A DNA stretch of 64,000 bases, from the NCBI GenBank assembly GCA_038046245.1, contig JBBSWO010000003.1:13879-77878 (forward strand). Direction: 5' to 3'. The notes under the pieces are model-generated. The model had not been told where the DNA came from. It made no database searches and saw only the letters and a program-made list of their open reading frames with translations. A program made the position numbers and the translations under genes. Each line of letters opens with the position of its first letter. Positions within the stretch are counted from its first letter, which is position 1. Shown here piece by piece: positions 35,878 through 45,572 of this stretch. The stretch comes from Nanobdellota archaeon (lineage in GTDB: Archaea > Nanobdellota > Nanobdellia > Pacearchaeales > GW2011-AR1).

Positions 35878-38800
35878 TACTCATTTCTTCCGAGAATTTT
35901 ATCACTTTTCCATTTCTTAGGATAGATGGCCTACTGTCTCCATCTTCTTTTAATTCAACTTTACCCTTGGCAGCGATTATTTCTCTCAAAGTAACATCTC
36001 CCATATTATACCTGTCAAGTTTTTCTCTCATTGAGTCTTCATCGAAATTTGTTCCGTCTTCAGTCAGGTATCTCATAACATAAAGAGTATTTAGCCTTGC
36101 CTGACATGTCGTTGCTCCTGTAACCTCAAATCTTTTTCTTTCTTTCGAACCTTCGGGCATAACTGCCTCATCTACAACTAATCCTTGTTGTGCTCCACGT
36201 TGACTTATTTTTTCAAGGTCTCCTATCGCTTCCCCTATGGTTCTTCCTCCTTTGAATGATCTTGATTTTTCTATGTTTAGCTCTATCAATGAACTTAGTC
36301 TCTCAGGATCGACGTCAGATACTGCTTGGAACATTCCAGTCACTCCATGATTTTTTTCGTTATATGCTATTATTGTAAATACTCTATCTGGGTCAAAGTC
36401 CTGATCTCCTGCATGATTATTTGGCATACTTGATATATACGGAAGTTCAACAACCTTTGCGTCTTGAACCAGCGGTCTTCTTTTGCTTCTTGCTTTTGCT
36501 GCTTTGGTTTCTTTAACATCTACATTTAGTATCTGGAATTCTCTACTTTTGTCTCTGTACATAGTTCCTCCCTTTGCTCCAGACCTCCATATATCTAACC
36601 AAGCATCCCTTACCATATCAACCGTTGCACTCTTTGGTAAGTTGATAGTCTTACTTGTTGCACTGTCATTGTATCTTTGGAATGCAGACAGCATTGCAGC
36701 ATGCTGGGTGTGAGTTATCTCATAACTATTTTCATCTTCTCCACCAGCAGCAGTTACCAGAGCATCTCTGACATCCTCAGGAATTTGGCTTAAAACTTCT
36801 GCAGCCGCCTTTGGAGTATAAGAGTAAACAAATGCACTCCCACTATTTTCTTTTATTGCATTTAATGTCCTTTCAACATCAAAACCTTCTTGTTCTAAAA
36901 GCTGAGCTGCTGCCCCAGCCCAATCATACACTTCGGAGTTAAGTATATTTGACTGCTCTCTTATTGTGAATATAGGCTCAATCCCAGAAGAAATCACCAA
37001 ATTATCCAATCCATGATTTTTTTCTCCTGCGCTTCTTCTTATTGTTCCTGTTGGTGCTTGAGTTGTTCTTGCTGTATTTCTTATTGGGCCTCCTCCGTAT
37101 GTCATTACCTTATCTCTTTTGACCCTGTCGCTTAGTTTTCTACTTCCTCTAAATTTATCAGGAATTGTCTTTGGATTTGACATCAACCACCTATATAATT
37201 CTGAATTTGGATTGTGGAAGCTAGTTTCATACATTGGATAAGCTCCTCTTTCTCTTGCCAGCTGTTGGGACGCTATCATAGTTCCTTCATGAAGAACTTT
37301 CCCTAATTTTTCTGCAAATTTTATTGATTCTTCTGACCCATATCTCATTTTCATCAAAACCATAGCATCCCATGTCCCCATAAATCCAAGACCAGTGTTC
37401 CTATATTGTTTCACGGCTTGTTCTATTTTTTTAGAAGGAAAATCACTTCTGTCAATGACATTGTCTAAAAATCTTGCCGCGTTTGGGATAATTTCTTCCA
37501 ATCTGTTCCAATCAAATCTTCTGACACCTATTTTGCCATCTTTTCTTATTTGAGATTTAGCAAATTCATCTCCCTTCATTGCAAGCTCAGCATCTTCTGG
37601 CTTTTCATAGACCTCGTATCTCACAAATTTTCCTAAATTGATCGATCCTAAGTTACATGCATCATAAGGGGGCAAAGGTTGTTCACCGCAAGGATTCGTT
37701 GCTTCAATTTCTTCATCAAATAAATTTGGATTGAATTCATTCATTCTATCCAAGAATACCATTCCAGGTTCTCCATTTGAATGTGACAACTTTGCAAAAG
37801 TCTCGAAAATTTTTCTTGCATAAATTTTTACCTCTCCATCAATAATAATCCCGATAGATTCTCCGTTATATGCATTTACGACAGTTGTTCCATCATTATC
37901 AATATACATATTGGGTGTTGTTAAAGGATTGAAAGTATTCTTTTCATTCTTTTTTAGAATTTCTTCAAATTGCGATCGTGTAGCCAAATCTTCCTTCCTG
38001 ACAATCTCTGGATTTTGAACACCATATTTCTTTTGGAGAACTCTTTTGTTGTCGGGTTTTGCCCTTAGAGGATTATACAGAGTGTAAGTCCCATCATTCT
38101 CTACAGCTTCCATAAATTCATCTGTGACTGCAACGCTTAAGTTGAAATTTTTCATTCTACGTTCTTTTCTATGCTTGTCCCTGCCAAATTTAGCAAACAT
38201 ATGATCCAAGAAATCCATATGATCAATCCTTTGTATTCCCATGTTGGCACCTCTTCTGCTATTTCCTTGTTTTACGGCGTCCGTTGATGCATTAAAGTCG
38301 TGTTCTAAAAAAGATTCATATCCTGAAGAAACCCCTCTGCCACCTTCCCAGTTAATCGATCTCATACCATCAACAGCAGGATTATATCCGATCAATGAGC
38401 CTTTCGGTCTTAATCTCTGGAAGGAAAAACCCGTTCCACCTCCGCCCTTGTGAACTTGTTGTTGAGTTACCCAAGCTTCCAATATTCCATCCTGGAGATT
38501 TTCAACACTTTTTCCGAATGTATCCTCAACAGGGAGTACAAAACACGCAGAACCTAATTGACTAAGCTGATGATAAACTCCAGTTAATTCTCCATCTCTG
38601 TTATATTCTGGTTCCCACCTCCCCATATTTATATTAGTAGGAGTGTTTGCTCTGAATTCATTGGTTACATACATTTCAAGATTTGTTCTTGCCCTCTCTC
38701 TCACCCTTTGAATTTTTTCTTCTTGAGGCATATCTTGAGGCAGATATTTCATATCAGCGCTTGCAATGTCCACGGCCACAGCTGCCATTCTATAAGGGAC

Positions 38801-38953
38801 AGTTTCTTTGTCTCCACTTTCAAGATTTTTTAAATAAACTTCTTCAAATATCTTATATGCGTTAGAGCTTAGGTTCAATTTTTCTTCTGCATATTTCGCC
38901 AGCTCATTTCTTATCCCAGTAAATGTTTGGTAATCTAAAAATTGTTCAGGCAT
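35852..38953 (-). CDS. nrdJ: adenosylcobalamin-dependent (class II) ribonucleotide reductase
   Basis: Thiyl-radical loop NPCGEQPLPPYDACNLGSINL, the GGGTGFSFQRLRPKG block, and a C-terminal redox Cys pair (CAGC). Confidence 0.9.
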   Translation of the reverse strand: MPEQFLDYQTFTGIRNELAKYAEEKLNLSSNAYKIFEEVYLKNLESGDKETVPYRMAAVAVDIASADMKYLPQDMPQEEKIQRVRERARTNLEMYVTNEFRANTPTNINMGRWEPEYNRDGELTGVYHQLSQLGSACFVLPVEDTFGKSVENLQDGILEAWVTQQQVHKGGGGTGFSFQRLRPKGSLIGYNPAVDGMRSINWEGGRGVSSGYESFLEHDFNASTDAVKQGNSRRGANMGIQRIDHMDFLDHMFAKFGRDKHRKERRMKNFNLSVAVTDEFMEAVENDGTYTLYNPLRAKPDNKRVLQKKYGVQNPEIVRKEDLATRSQFEEILKKNEKNTFNPLTTPNMYIDNDGTTVVNAYNGESIGIIIDGEVKIYARKIFETFAKLSHSNGEPGMVFLDRMNEFNPNLFDEEIEATNPCGEQPLPPYDACNLGSINLGKFVRYEVYEKPEDAELAMKGDEFAKSQIRKDGKIGVRRFDWNRLEEIIPNAARFLDNVIDRSDFPSKKIEQAVKQYRNTGLGFMGTWDAMVLMKMRYGSEESIKFAEKLGKVLHEGTMIASQQLARERGAYPMYETSFHNPNSELYRWLMSNPKTIPDKFRGSRKLSDRVKRDKVMTYGGGPIRNTARTTQAPTGTIRRSAGEKNHGLDNLVISSGIEPIFTIREQSNILNSEVYDWAGAAAQLLEQEGFDVERTLNAIKENSGSAFVYSYTPKAAAEVLSQIPEDVRDALVTAAGGEDENSYEITHTQHAAMLSAFQRYNDSATSKTINLPKSATVDMVRDAWLDIWRSGAKGGTMYRDKSREFQILNVDVKETKAAKARSKRRPLVQDAKVVELPYISSMPNNHAGDQDFDPDRVFTIIAYNEKNHGVTGMFQAVSDVDPERLSSLIELNIEKSRSFKGGRTIGEAIGDLEKISQRGAQQGLVVDEAVMPEGSKERKRFEVTGATTCQARLNTLYVMRYLTEDGTNFDEDSMREKLDRYNMGDVTLREIIAAKGKVELKEDGDSRPSILRNGKVIKFSEEMSNGCAGCTG

Positions 38954-38954
38954 A

Positions 38955-39392
38955 CTACAACTCCTTTATCTCACGTTTAAAATCATTTATGTCTTTGAAG
39001 TCTCTATATACGGAAGCGAATCTTATGTAAGCCACGTTGTCGAGTTTTTTTATTTTTTTCATTGCAATCTCTCCTATGATAGAACTCTGCACCTCTTTTT
39101 TCCCCCTCTTTCTCATTTGTTCCTCGATTTCGTTTATCATCTTTTCAATTTCCTCTTTTGACACAGGTCTTTTTTCGAAAGCCCTATGGATCCCAGTCTC
39201 GAGTTTTTCCCTCTCAAATCTCTCTCGTCTGCCGTCTTTCTTTATCACGTAAAAGTCACCCTTACTCATTTTTTCGTAAGTTGTGAACCTTTTTCCGCAT
39301 TTCAGGCATTCTCTTCTCCTCCTTGTTCCCTCAGGCGAGTCTCTCTTGTCTGTAACTTTTGAATCTGAATGTGAGCAATATGGGCAAATCAT
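38955..39392 (-). CDS. nrdR: transcriptional repressor NrdR (zinc ribbon + ATP-cone)
   Basis: MICPYCSHSDSKVTDKR...CLKCGKRFTTYE zinc ribbon followed by an ATP-cone-like region (VIKKDGRRERFEREKL). It ends 1 nt before nrdJ starts. Confidence 0.9.
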   Translation of the reverse strand: MICPYCSHSDSKVTDKRDSPEGTRRRRECLKCGKRFTTYEKMSKGDFYVIKKDGRRERFEREKLETGIHRAFEKRPVSKEEIEKMINEIEEQMRKRGKKEVQSSIIGEIAMKKIKKLDNVAYIRFASVYRDFKDINDFKREIKEL

Positions 39393-39414
39393 GTATTTTT
39401 ATGACATCTCTCAA

Positions 39415-39463
39415 ATACAACAGGTTGTATGTCATTTTCTCCTAAACACCTATAGGTTGTGTT
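39415..39463 (-). promoter_or_regulatory. two palindromic NrdR-box-like sites upstream of nrdR-nrdJ
   Basis: ATACAACAGGTTGTAT (39415-39430) and AACACCTATAGGTTGTGTT (39445-39463, core palindrome ACCTATAGGT). Their centres are ~30 bp apart. A TATA-like CTTTAAATA lies at 39488-39496 on the coding strand. Confidence 0.45.
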
Positions 39464-39579
39464 TGCTATTTTTGAATATCTAAGTCGTATTTAAAGGTTT
39501 ATGATTATTTTTAAGTGATAAGACTGATGTTATACTTTTTCACACAAATCCTTAAATACAAGCTCCAAATCAAAAAAAC

Positions 39580-40086
39580 ATGGACTTGGAAATAATTACC
39601 AGATTCAGATTTGAAGATGGGAGAGCATATATTTTCAATTCAAATTTTGAAACAGCTTATAAGAGTATCTTTAATGCAGTAAATCATTTGGATGAAACGA
39701 TTCACAGCAAGAATATAGAAGAAGTTCAAGGTTATTTATTCAGCCTAACCCATGCAATAATGTGGGGAGATGATAATGGGAACAAAATGATAGACTTTTT
39801 TGGAATAGGTAAAAATTGTTCTTTAGATGGTGATTGGAATTCAAATCCAGATATTTTTTCTTGGGTTACTAGGGATGGGTTAATTGTTCCTCGTGAAAGT
39901 ATTTCAGAAGTTACATGCGGTAAAGGTTTTATTATCCTAGGTGAAGAAGAAAGATATAGAAGATCAACTTCACAAGAGACTTATCTTTCAATACCCCCCA
40001 AAATAGAAGGGTTGGTTCTTAGAGCAAAAGATTATTCGACTGAGCAAGGAAGAGTTGAACTGGGTCAGTTGATGAAATCCAGATAG
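39580..40086 (+). CDS. hypothetical protein (168 aa)
   Basis: ATG ORF without a competing frame; no family recognised. Confidence 0.4.
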   Translation: MDLEIITRFRFEDGRAYIFNSNFETAYKSIFNAVNHLDETIHSKNIEEVQGYLFSLTHAIMWGDDNGNKMIDFFGIGKNCSLDGDWNSNPDIFSWVTRDGLIVPRESISEVTCGKGFIILGEEERYRRSTSQETYLSIPPKIEGLVLRAKDYSTEQGRVELGQLMKSR

Positions 40087-40144
40087 CTTCAAACCAGTTT
40101 GAACCCTTCGCTTCATTTATAAATATCTTGTTCTTTTGTTTGTC

Positions 40145-40738
40145 ATGGCAGAAAAATACTTGATGTTTTCAATGGAAGACGAAAAGATAGAAAGTCTTGC
40201 AAAAGTCTTAAGCAATAAAACCTGCAAGAAGATTCTAGAATTTTTGGCAGAGACAAAAGAAGCAAGCGAACAGGATATTGCAAAATCTTTGGGTATGCCT
40301 CTGAATACAGTTGAGTACAATTTGAAAACTCTCTTGGAAGTCAAGCTTATTGAAAAAACAAAAAACTTTTTTTGGAGCCAAAAAGGAAAAAAAATTCCAA
40401 CTTATAAAGTTTCAAACAAATCAATAATTATTTCTCCAAAACATGATTTTTCAAAATTAAAGATGTTTTTGCCGACAGCACTAATATCTATAATTGGTGC
40501 GCTCATATTGAGGCAAATAGTCTCCTCAAAGGAAGCAGTAAATACTATTGCCCAGAAATCTACAGACATGATGGCAGCCGCTCCAAGTGCGGCGGGATCT
40601 TCAGCATCAGAATCAATAAGCATTGCATCTCAGCAGTCAATAAAGCTCATTCCAGCCGGAGATGTATGGGCCTGGTTCTTGTTTGGAACATTGTTTGCAG
40701 TGATACTCTTTATAGTTTTAAACTGGAGGAGAGCATAA
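40145..40738 (+). CDS. ArsR-type winged-helix protein with C-terminal transmembrane segments
   Basis: LAKVLSNKTCKKILEFLAETKEASEQDIAKSLGMPLNTVEYNLKTLLEVKLIE is a wHTH pattern. Two hydrophobic helices follow. A TATA-like TTTATAAATA sits ~25 nt upstream of the ATG at 40145. Confidence 0.55.
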   Translation: MAEKYLMFSMEDEKIESLAKVLSNKTCKKILEFLAETKEASEQDIAKSLGMPLNTVEYNLKTLLEVKLIEKTKNFFWSQKGKKIPTYKVSNKSIIISPKHDFSKLKMFLPTALISIIGALILRQIVSSKEAVNTIAQKSTDMMAAAPSAAGSSASESISIASQQSIKLIPAGDVWAWFLFGTLFAVILFIVLNWRRA

Positions 40739-41526
40739 TGCACAAAAATTCAATAATCAAGATGAAAGGAGGTAAGACACAAATGGATAAATCAGTATCA
40801 ATCGCTTTGATTGTAGTCATCGGTGTTCTAGCATTGGCAGGAATAAGCTACGCCGTTTTTTCTTCAATGAACCCGTCCATGTCAAAAACAATTACTGGAA
40901 ATGGCCAGGCTTCAATAGATGTAAACCCTGACTTAGTAAAAGTTTACTTCAATGCGGAAACAAGCGGAGCAACAAGCCAGGAAGCTAAAGACAAAAATTC
41001 TGAGATTGTTGACAACATGATAACGGCACTCTTGAAAGAAGGATTTGAAAGAAAAGACATCCAGACTCAAGGATTCAACATTTACCCAGATTACTCTTGG
41101 GACAATGGAAAACAAACTCTTAAAGGATACAAAGCCACACACTCAATTGTTGTACAGCTTTCAACTGCGCAAACAGACAAGATAGGAAAAGTAATAGATG
41201 CAGGAGTTGACTCTGGCGCTTTAATAAGTTACATAAATTTTGAACTTAGCACGGAAAAACAGAACGAATACAAAGCCCAGGCAATAAAACTTGCTGCAGA
41301 AGATGCAAGAGTCAAGGCTCAAGCATTGGCAGACGGATTGGGAAAAGAGCTTGGAAGTCTTATTTCCGTATCTGACAACAACTTTGATTATAGGCCTTGG
41401 CCAATGTATGCAGCTGCAGATTCTGGAGGAGCAAGCGTTGCAATGGCAAAAGAAGCAGCAACAAACATACAACCTGGAACAGAACAAGTCACAGCAAGCG
41501 TGACGGCAGTATTCAGAATCAAATAA
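40738..41526 (+). CDS. SIMPL/DUF541-family secreted protein
   Basis: Signal anchor, then ITGNGQASIDVNPDLVKVYFNAETSGATSQEAKDKNSEIVDNMITALLKEG...GYKATHSIVVQL, the typical DUF541 pattern. The start overlaps the upstream stop (TAATG). Confidence 0.65.
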   Translation: MHKNSIIKMKGGKTQMDKSVSIALIVVIGVLALAGISYAVFSSMNPSMSKTITGNGQASIDVNPDLVKVYFNAETSGATSQEAKDKNSEIVDNMITALLKEGFERKDIQTQGFNIYPDYSWDNGKQTLKGYKATHSIVVQLSTAQTDKIGKVIDAGVDSGALISYINFELSTEKQNEYKAQAIKLAAEDARVKAQALADGLGKELGSLISVSDNNFDYRPWPMYAAADSGGASVAMAKEAATNIQPGTEQVTASVTAVFRIK

Positions 41527-41545
41527 TTTTATTTTTTATTTTTAT

Positions 41546-42208
41546 TTATTTTAATTCCTCTAAAACATAAAGTTTCCAATTAAGGTTTTGAAATTTTTCT
41601 TCAAAAATATTTATTATCTGGTAATTGTATTTTTTAATCAATTCTAAAAGTTTCTTTTCATTAGCCACATCACCACTAGGGATAAAGATTTTTCCATTTT
41701 TGGTTAAGTGATTTTTTGCATCTTTTAATAATCTCTCATGAAGTTTAAAACCCGCATCAAACAAAAAATGTCCAACTTCACTTTTATAGTCTACATCTGC
41801 AAAAGGCAGTTGAGAAATTATTAGGTCAAATTTTTCTTCTTTTTTAATATTTTCAAACAAGTCACTTTTTCTTACTTCAATTATTTTGTTTAGTTTGTGA
41901 AAAGTGACATTTTCTTTTACATTTTGTAAAGAATTATTATCAATATCTATTGCTAAAACTTTTCTTGCCCCTCTTTTGGCAGAGATTATGGCTTGAACAC
42001 CAGTCCCTGTCCCAACATCTAAAACGGCCCCTGCATTATTAGGAATTCTTTTTGCAGTCATTTCAGAAGAAAATGAAAAGGGTGAGTCAACAGGAAAAAC
42101 ATTTTTATTAATGATTATTTCATATCCTAAAAAATCAACAACTCGTTTCTCTCGTGTTTGAATGTCTTTGATAAAATTTAATGTAATATCTTGTGGTTGT
42201 TTATACAT
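41546..42208 (-). CDS. class I SAM-dependent methyltransferase (PrmC/Mtq2-like)
   Basis: SAM-binding VLDVGTGTGVQAI, AIDID, and a degenerate NPPY-like motif (SQLPF). Confidence 0.6.
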   Translation of the reverse strand: MYKQPQDITLNFIKDIQTREKRVVDFLGYEIIINKNVFPVDSPFSFSSEMTAKRIPNNAGAVLDVGTGTGVQAIISAKRGARKVLAIDIDNNSLQNVKENVTFHKLNKIIEVRKSDLFENIKKEEKFDLIISQLPFADVDYKSEVGHFLFDAGFKLHERLLKDAKNHLTKNGKIFIPSGDVANEKKLLELIKKYNYQIINIFEEKFQNLNWKLYVLEELK

Positions 42209-42252
42209 TTAATATCTAAATATTTATTATTTATAATATTATTCTTTTTCCA

Positions 42253-42308
42253 AGTTACACCACCTCTCTTTTTCTCTATATGACAAATTTTATATAGTTA
42301 CACTACCT
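42253..42308 (+). promoter_or_regulatory. direct 13-mer repeat flanking a TATA-like element upstream of the surface-protein cluster
   Basis: AGTTACACCACCT (42253-42265) and AGTTACACTACCT (42296-42308), with TTTTATATA at 42288-42296 between them. The first gene starts (GTG) at 42341. Confidence 0.3.
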
Positions 42309-42340
42309 TATAAAATAAGTCAAAAAAGGGGTTTTGAAAA

Positions 42341-45300
42341 GTGAATTTTTACAAGAGGTATATAAACAAAAACGGCAAGAAGCTTGGCCCATATTATTAT
42401 TCTAGCAAGAAAGTTGACGGAAAAGTGATATCAACATATCTAGGTACAGAACCACCCAACAAACTCAGGCAGCTTAACCTTCCTAAATTTTCCAAAAAAA
42501 CTCTTACAATCTCTGCAATAGTCTTGTCATTAATAATAGTTGTCTTGTTAGTCAATCTTATATTTCATCTAGAATTATTTTCAACAGGAAACATTCCCTT
42601 GTCAACTGTTGATGATACAATACCTATAAAGGACATTCCAGAAAAAACATTAACACCTCCTATAACAACTCCTGCAGAAAACGCTCCAATAATTAACACA
42701 GTTCAGGAGCAGGCAACAATAAATCAGCCTGTAAAATGGCAGAAAGAAATATCTCTTTCCAACTCTGGAAAAACAACAGTTCAACTGCCAAGGGAAGCAC
42801 AAAATATAGCAGTTTACAAAATCAATTCAAATGGACAAAAAGAAAAAGTTAATGATCAGCAAGTATCAATCACTGCAAAAGCATCATCTGAGATAAATAT
42901 TGGGCAAATACAGGAAAACAAGGATACGCCAATACTAAAGTTCTTCAAAAAAATAATAAGCTTCATAACCGGAAAGGCGATAACAATTCAAGACACCCAA
43001 GAAATAAAAGAAGTCGTTATAAATGAAAATTCCAGAGAGTATTTAGTTGAATACGAAACTCCATTTCCTACAGTAACAGAACAAGAATCAGCAAACGGAA
43101 AAACAATTGCACTCTCTAATGCAGGCAGTGTAGCCTATCAAAATGTTTTAGTCTTCACTAATATCCCAGAAAACCTGAATGCAAAAGGTCCAGAGAATGT
43201 GAAGATTTACTGGGTTGAACAAAATGAGTTTATTCAACCTGAAAAAGTTGAAGATAAAGACAGCAACGGAATCTATGATTATGTCGAATTTATCGCTCCA
43301 TATTCAAACTCGACTTTCGAGATAATTGTGATAACAAAAGCTGAGCATCTTGATGGAAACAGGGTTTTCATCTCTGATATTTACAATCAGGTGAAAGAGC
43401 TTGACAACAATTGGAGTGAAGAAATACAAAGTACGGAATATGTGAGAGTCACATTTGAAAAAAATCTTACGAACCAAAATGACATCACTCTCTATCCAAG
43501 AATAATAAAAGGAAATCCAAAGATAGAAGTCTATGAAGAAAACTCTGATATAAAGATTGCAGAATTCACAGACATAATCCCGGAAGAATACAACACAGTT
43601 TATTTGACAGAGTTACAAGGGGAGCAAGATACTTTTGACCTTAGGATTTTAGGTGGAAGTCTTGAATTTAATCATATAATTGATCCGATAGTTGTTTTTG
43701 CAAACATTCAGGGAGTTAACGATATAGGCTTGACTCCTTTAGACAATGAAAGTTTTGTTGTTGCTTACATCAATATCTCCTCAAACAACGCAGAATTTGC
43801 GATTTGGTACACAAACGGAACGAGAAAATTAGCCCCAATAACAATCGCGGCAGCAGTTGGAACAACAGTCTCAAGAATCTCTGTCCTGTCTATAAATTCA
43901 ACTCACTTTGTTGTAGGATTCACAACATCAGGGGGTTTAGACAGGAGAGTTGGTTATACGACCTCAGGAGCAGCTTATTTCTCATTGGCAAGCGGAGATG
44001 GTGCGATAGGTGCAAATTTCCACGACATAAAACTGGCCTACATAGGCGGGAATATAATGTATTGCTATATAGATTCAACAGAAGGAGATTCTGACACAAG
44101 AATATACAACTCTATAACAGGCGCGCTCATTGGAGGGGAAGCAAACATAAATACAGCAGTCAGTCCATCAACAAATCTTAATAATATCTTAGACTGTGTT
44201 GGAGTTGGCTCTTCAGCTGTTGTATTGTTTGAATATGATGATGCTACGGATGACGATGCAACATACCACTTCATAAACAGCGCAAACACAGAGACTGTGC
44301 CAGACACAGATATAGACACAACTGTAGGAAATGCAGGCCAGATTACTGTAGCTTCTTTAGACCAAAACAAATTTGTTTTGTTATGGTATGACTCTGTTGA
44401 TCAGGATATTACAATGGCTATAAGAGATATAAATAATATTCCAATACTTGCTCCTACAGACATAGACACAACTGTGGGAACAAGCTCAAGGATTGCAGCA
44501 GCAACAGTAAAAAATCCAACAACAGGCCTGGACAATTTTGTAGTGACATGGTATGATCAGGCAACGACAGATATTTTGGCGGCAGTGTATGATTCTTCAG
44601 GAAGCGTTGTAACCTCTCAGTTCGTTGTTGATAGTAATCCTTCAACAACACCAAGATTGATGTATGCTCTTGGAGAAAACGATGCGACAGGAATATCTCT
44701 CTGCCCAGGAAATTTTATAATAGCCTACACAAATTCCACAGTTTCATCTGTTTTCAAGACATACAACATAAATGGCAGTGAATGGAACGGAAACTGTCCA
44801 ATTCCAAGTCTGCCTCCATCAGCGTATTCTGTCGAACCAATTCCAAGCATGCCTCCTTTGGAAGGCGCAATAAGGCCAATAACATTCAATGTCTCTGTCT
44901 CTGATTCAAACGGATATTTGGATATTACAAATGTTGCTGCACAGTTTAGCATGCTCGGAGAGCCAACAAGAATAAACTCGTCATGCATATTACAAAGTGG
45001 AGCAGGAAATAATGCTAACTATTCATGTACCATAAACATGCAGTATTATGACAAAGACGGAAATTGGAATGTGACAATTAATGCAACAGACTCTCAGGCA
45101 CAGCAGGGCACAAATACTTCACAAACATTTACATACCAGCTTTTGAAAGCAATGGTAATAAATTCTCCGGTTGGAGGATTGACGTGGCCAATACTCACGT
45201 CAGGCCAGACTAATATACAGTCTAACAACGATCCAACAATAATTGAGAACACAGGAAATTATGAAGGTCCCATAATAATAACATCCAAAGACTTAGTCGG

Positions 45301-45538
45301 AGAGACAACTCCAAGTGATGTAATTTTGGCATTGAACATAAAGGCAAGCCCAATATCGGGATCAGAATGTTCGGGAACACAACTCACAGACTCTTTCCAG
45401 ATAACAATTTCAGGTTCCAACTTGCCAAGAGGCCAGAGTGCAACAGAAGACATTTATTATTGCATGGCTTTTGTTCCAACAGTCACCGCACAGACATATT
45501 CTGCAAAAGGCGCAAATGCATGGATAATTGAAGTATAA
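42341..45538 (+). CDS. large (1065 aa) membrane-anchored surface protein
   Basis: Short basic cytoplasmic N-terminus (NGKKLGPYYYSSKKVDGKVISTYLG), a single TM (LTISAIVLSLIIVVLLVNLIF), then a long Thr/Asn/Ser-rich beta ectodomain. The last ~220 aa are paralogous to ORF 45573-46460. Confidence 0.65.
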   Translation: MNFYKRYINKNGKKLGPYYYSSKKVDGKVISTYLGTEPPNKLRQLNLPKFSKKTLTISAIVLSLIIVVLLVNLIFHLELFSTGNIPLSTVDDTIPIKDIPEKTLTPPITTPAENAPIINTVQEQATINQPVKWQKEISLSNSGKTTVQLPREAQNIAVYKINSNGQKEKVNDQQVSITAKASSEINIGQIQENKDTPILKFFKKIISFITGKAITIQDTQEIKEVVINENSREYLVEYETPFPTVTEQESANGKTIALSNAGSVAYQNVLVFTNIPENLNAKGPENVKIYWVEQNEFIQPEKVEDKDSNGIYDYVEFIAPYSNSTFEIIVITKAEHLDGNRVFISDIYNQVKELDNNWSEEIQSTEYVRVTFEKNLTNQNDITLYPRIIKGNPKIEVYEENSDIKIAEFTDIIPEEYNTVYLTELQGEQDTFDLRILGGSLEFNHIIDPIVVFANIQGVNDIGLTPLDNESFVVAYINISSNNAEFAIWYTNGTRKLAPITIAAAVGTTVSRISVLSINSTHFVVGFTTSGGLDRRVGYTTSGAAYFSLASGDGAIGANFHDIKLAYIGGNIMYCYIDSTEGDSDTRIYNSITGALIGGEANINTAVSPSTNLNNILDCVGVGSSAVVLFEYDDATDDDATYHFINSANTETVPDTDIDTTVGNAGQITVASLDQNKFVLLWYDSVDQDITMAIRDINNIPILAPTDIDTTVGTSSRIAAATVKNPTTGLDNFVVTWYDQATTDILAAVYDSSGSVVTSQFVVDSNPSTTPRLMYALGENDATGISLCPGNFIIAYTNSTVSSVFKTYNINGSEWNGNCPIPSLPPSAYSVEPIPSMPPLEGAIRPITFNVSVSDSNGYLDITNVAAQFSMLGEPTRINSSCILQSGAGNNANYSCTINMQYYDKDGNWNVTINATDSQAQQGTNTSQTFTYQLLKAMVINSPVGGLTWPILTSGQTNIQSNNDPTIIENTGNYEGPIIITSKDLVGETTPSDVILALNIKASPISGSECSGTQLTDSFQITISGSNLPRGQSATEDIYYCMAFVPTVTAQTYSAKGANAWIIEV

Positions 45539-45572
45539 AAAACTTTAAAAACAACTAAACCTTGAAACTATC

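Noticed and set aside
35852-38953. Intein inside the 1033-aa class II RNR
   Set aside because: No His-Asn followed by Cys/Ser/Thr splice junction and no homing-endonuclease (LAGLIDADG-like) block was seen. The length is within the range of class II RNRs with N- and C-terminal extensions.
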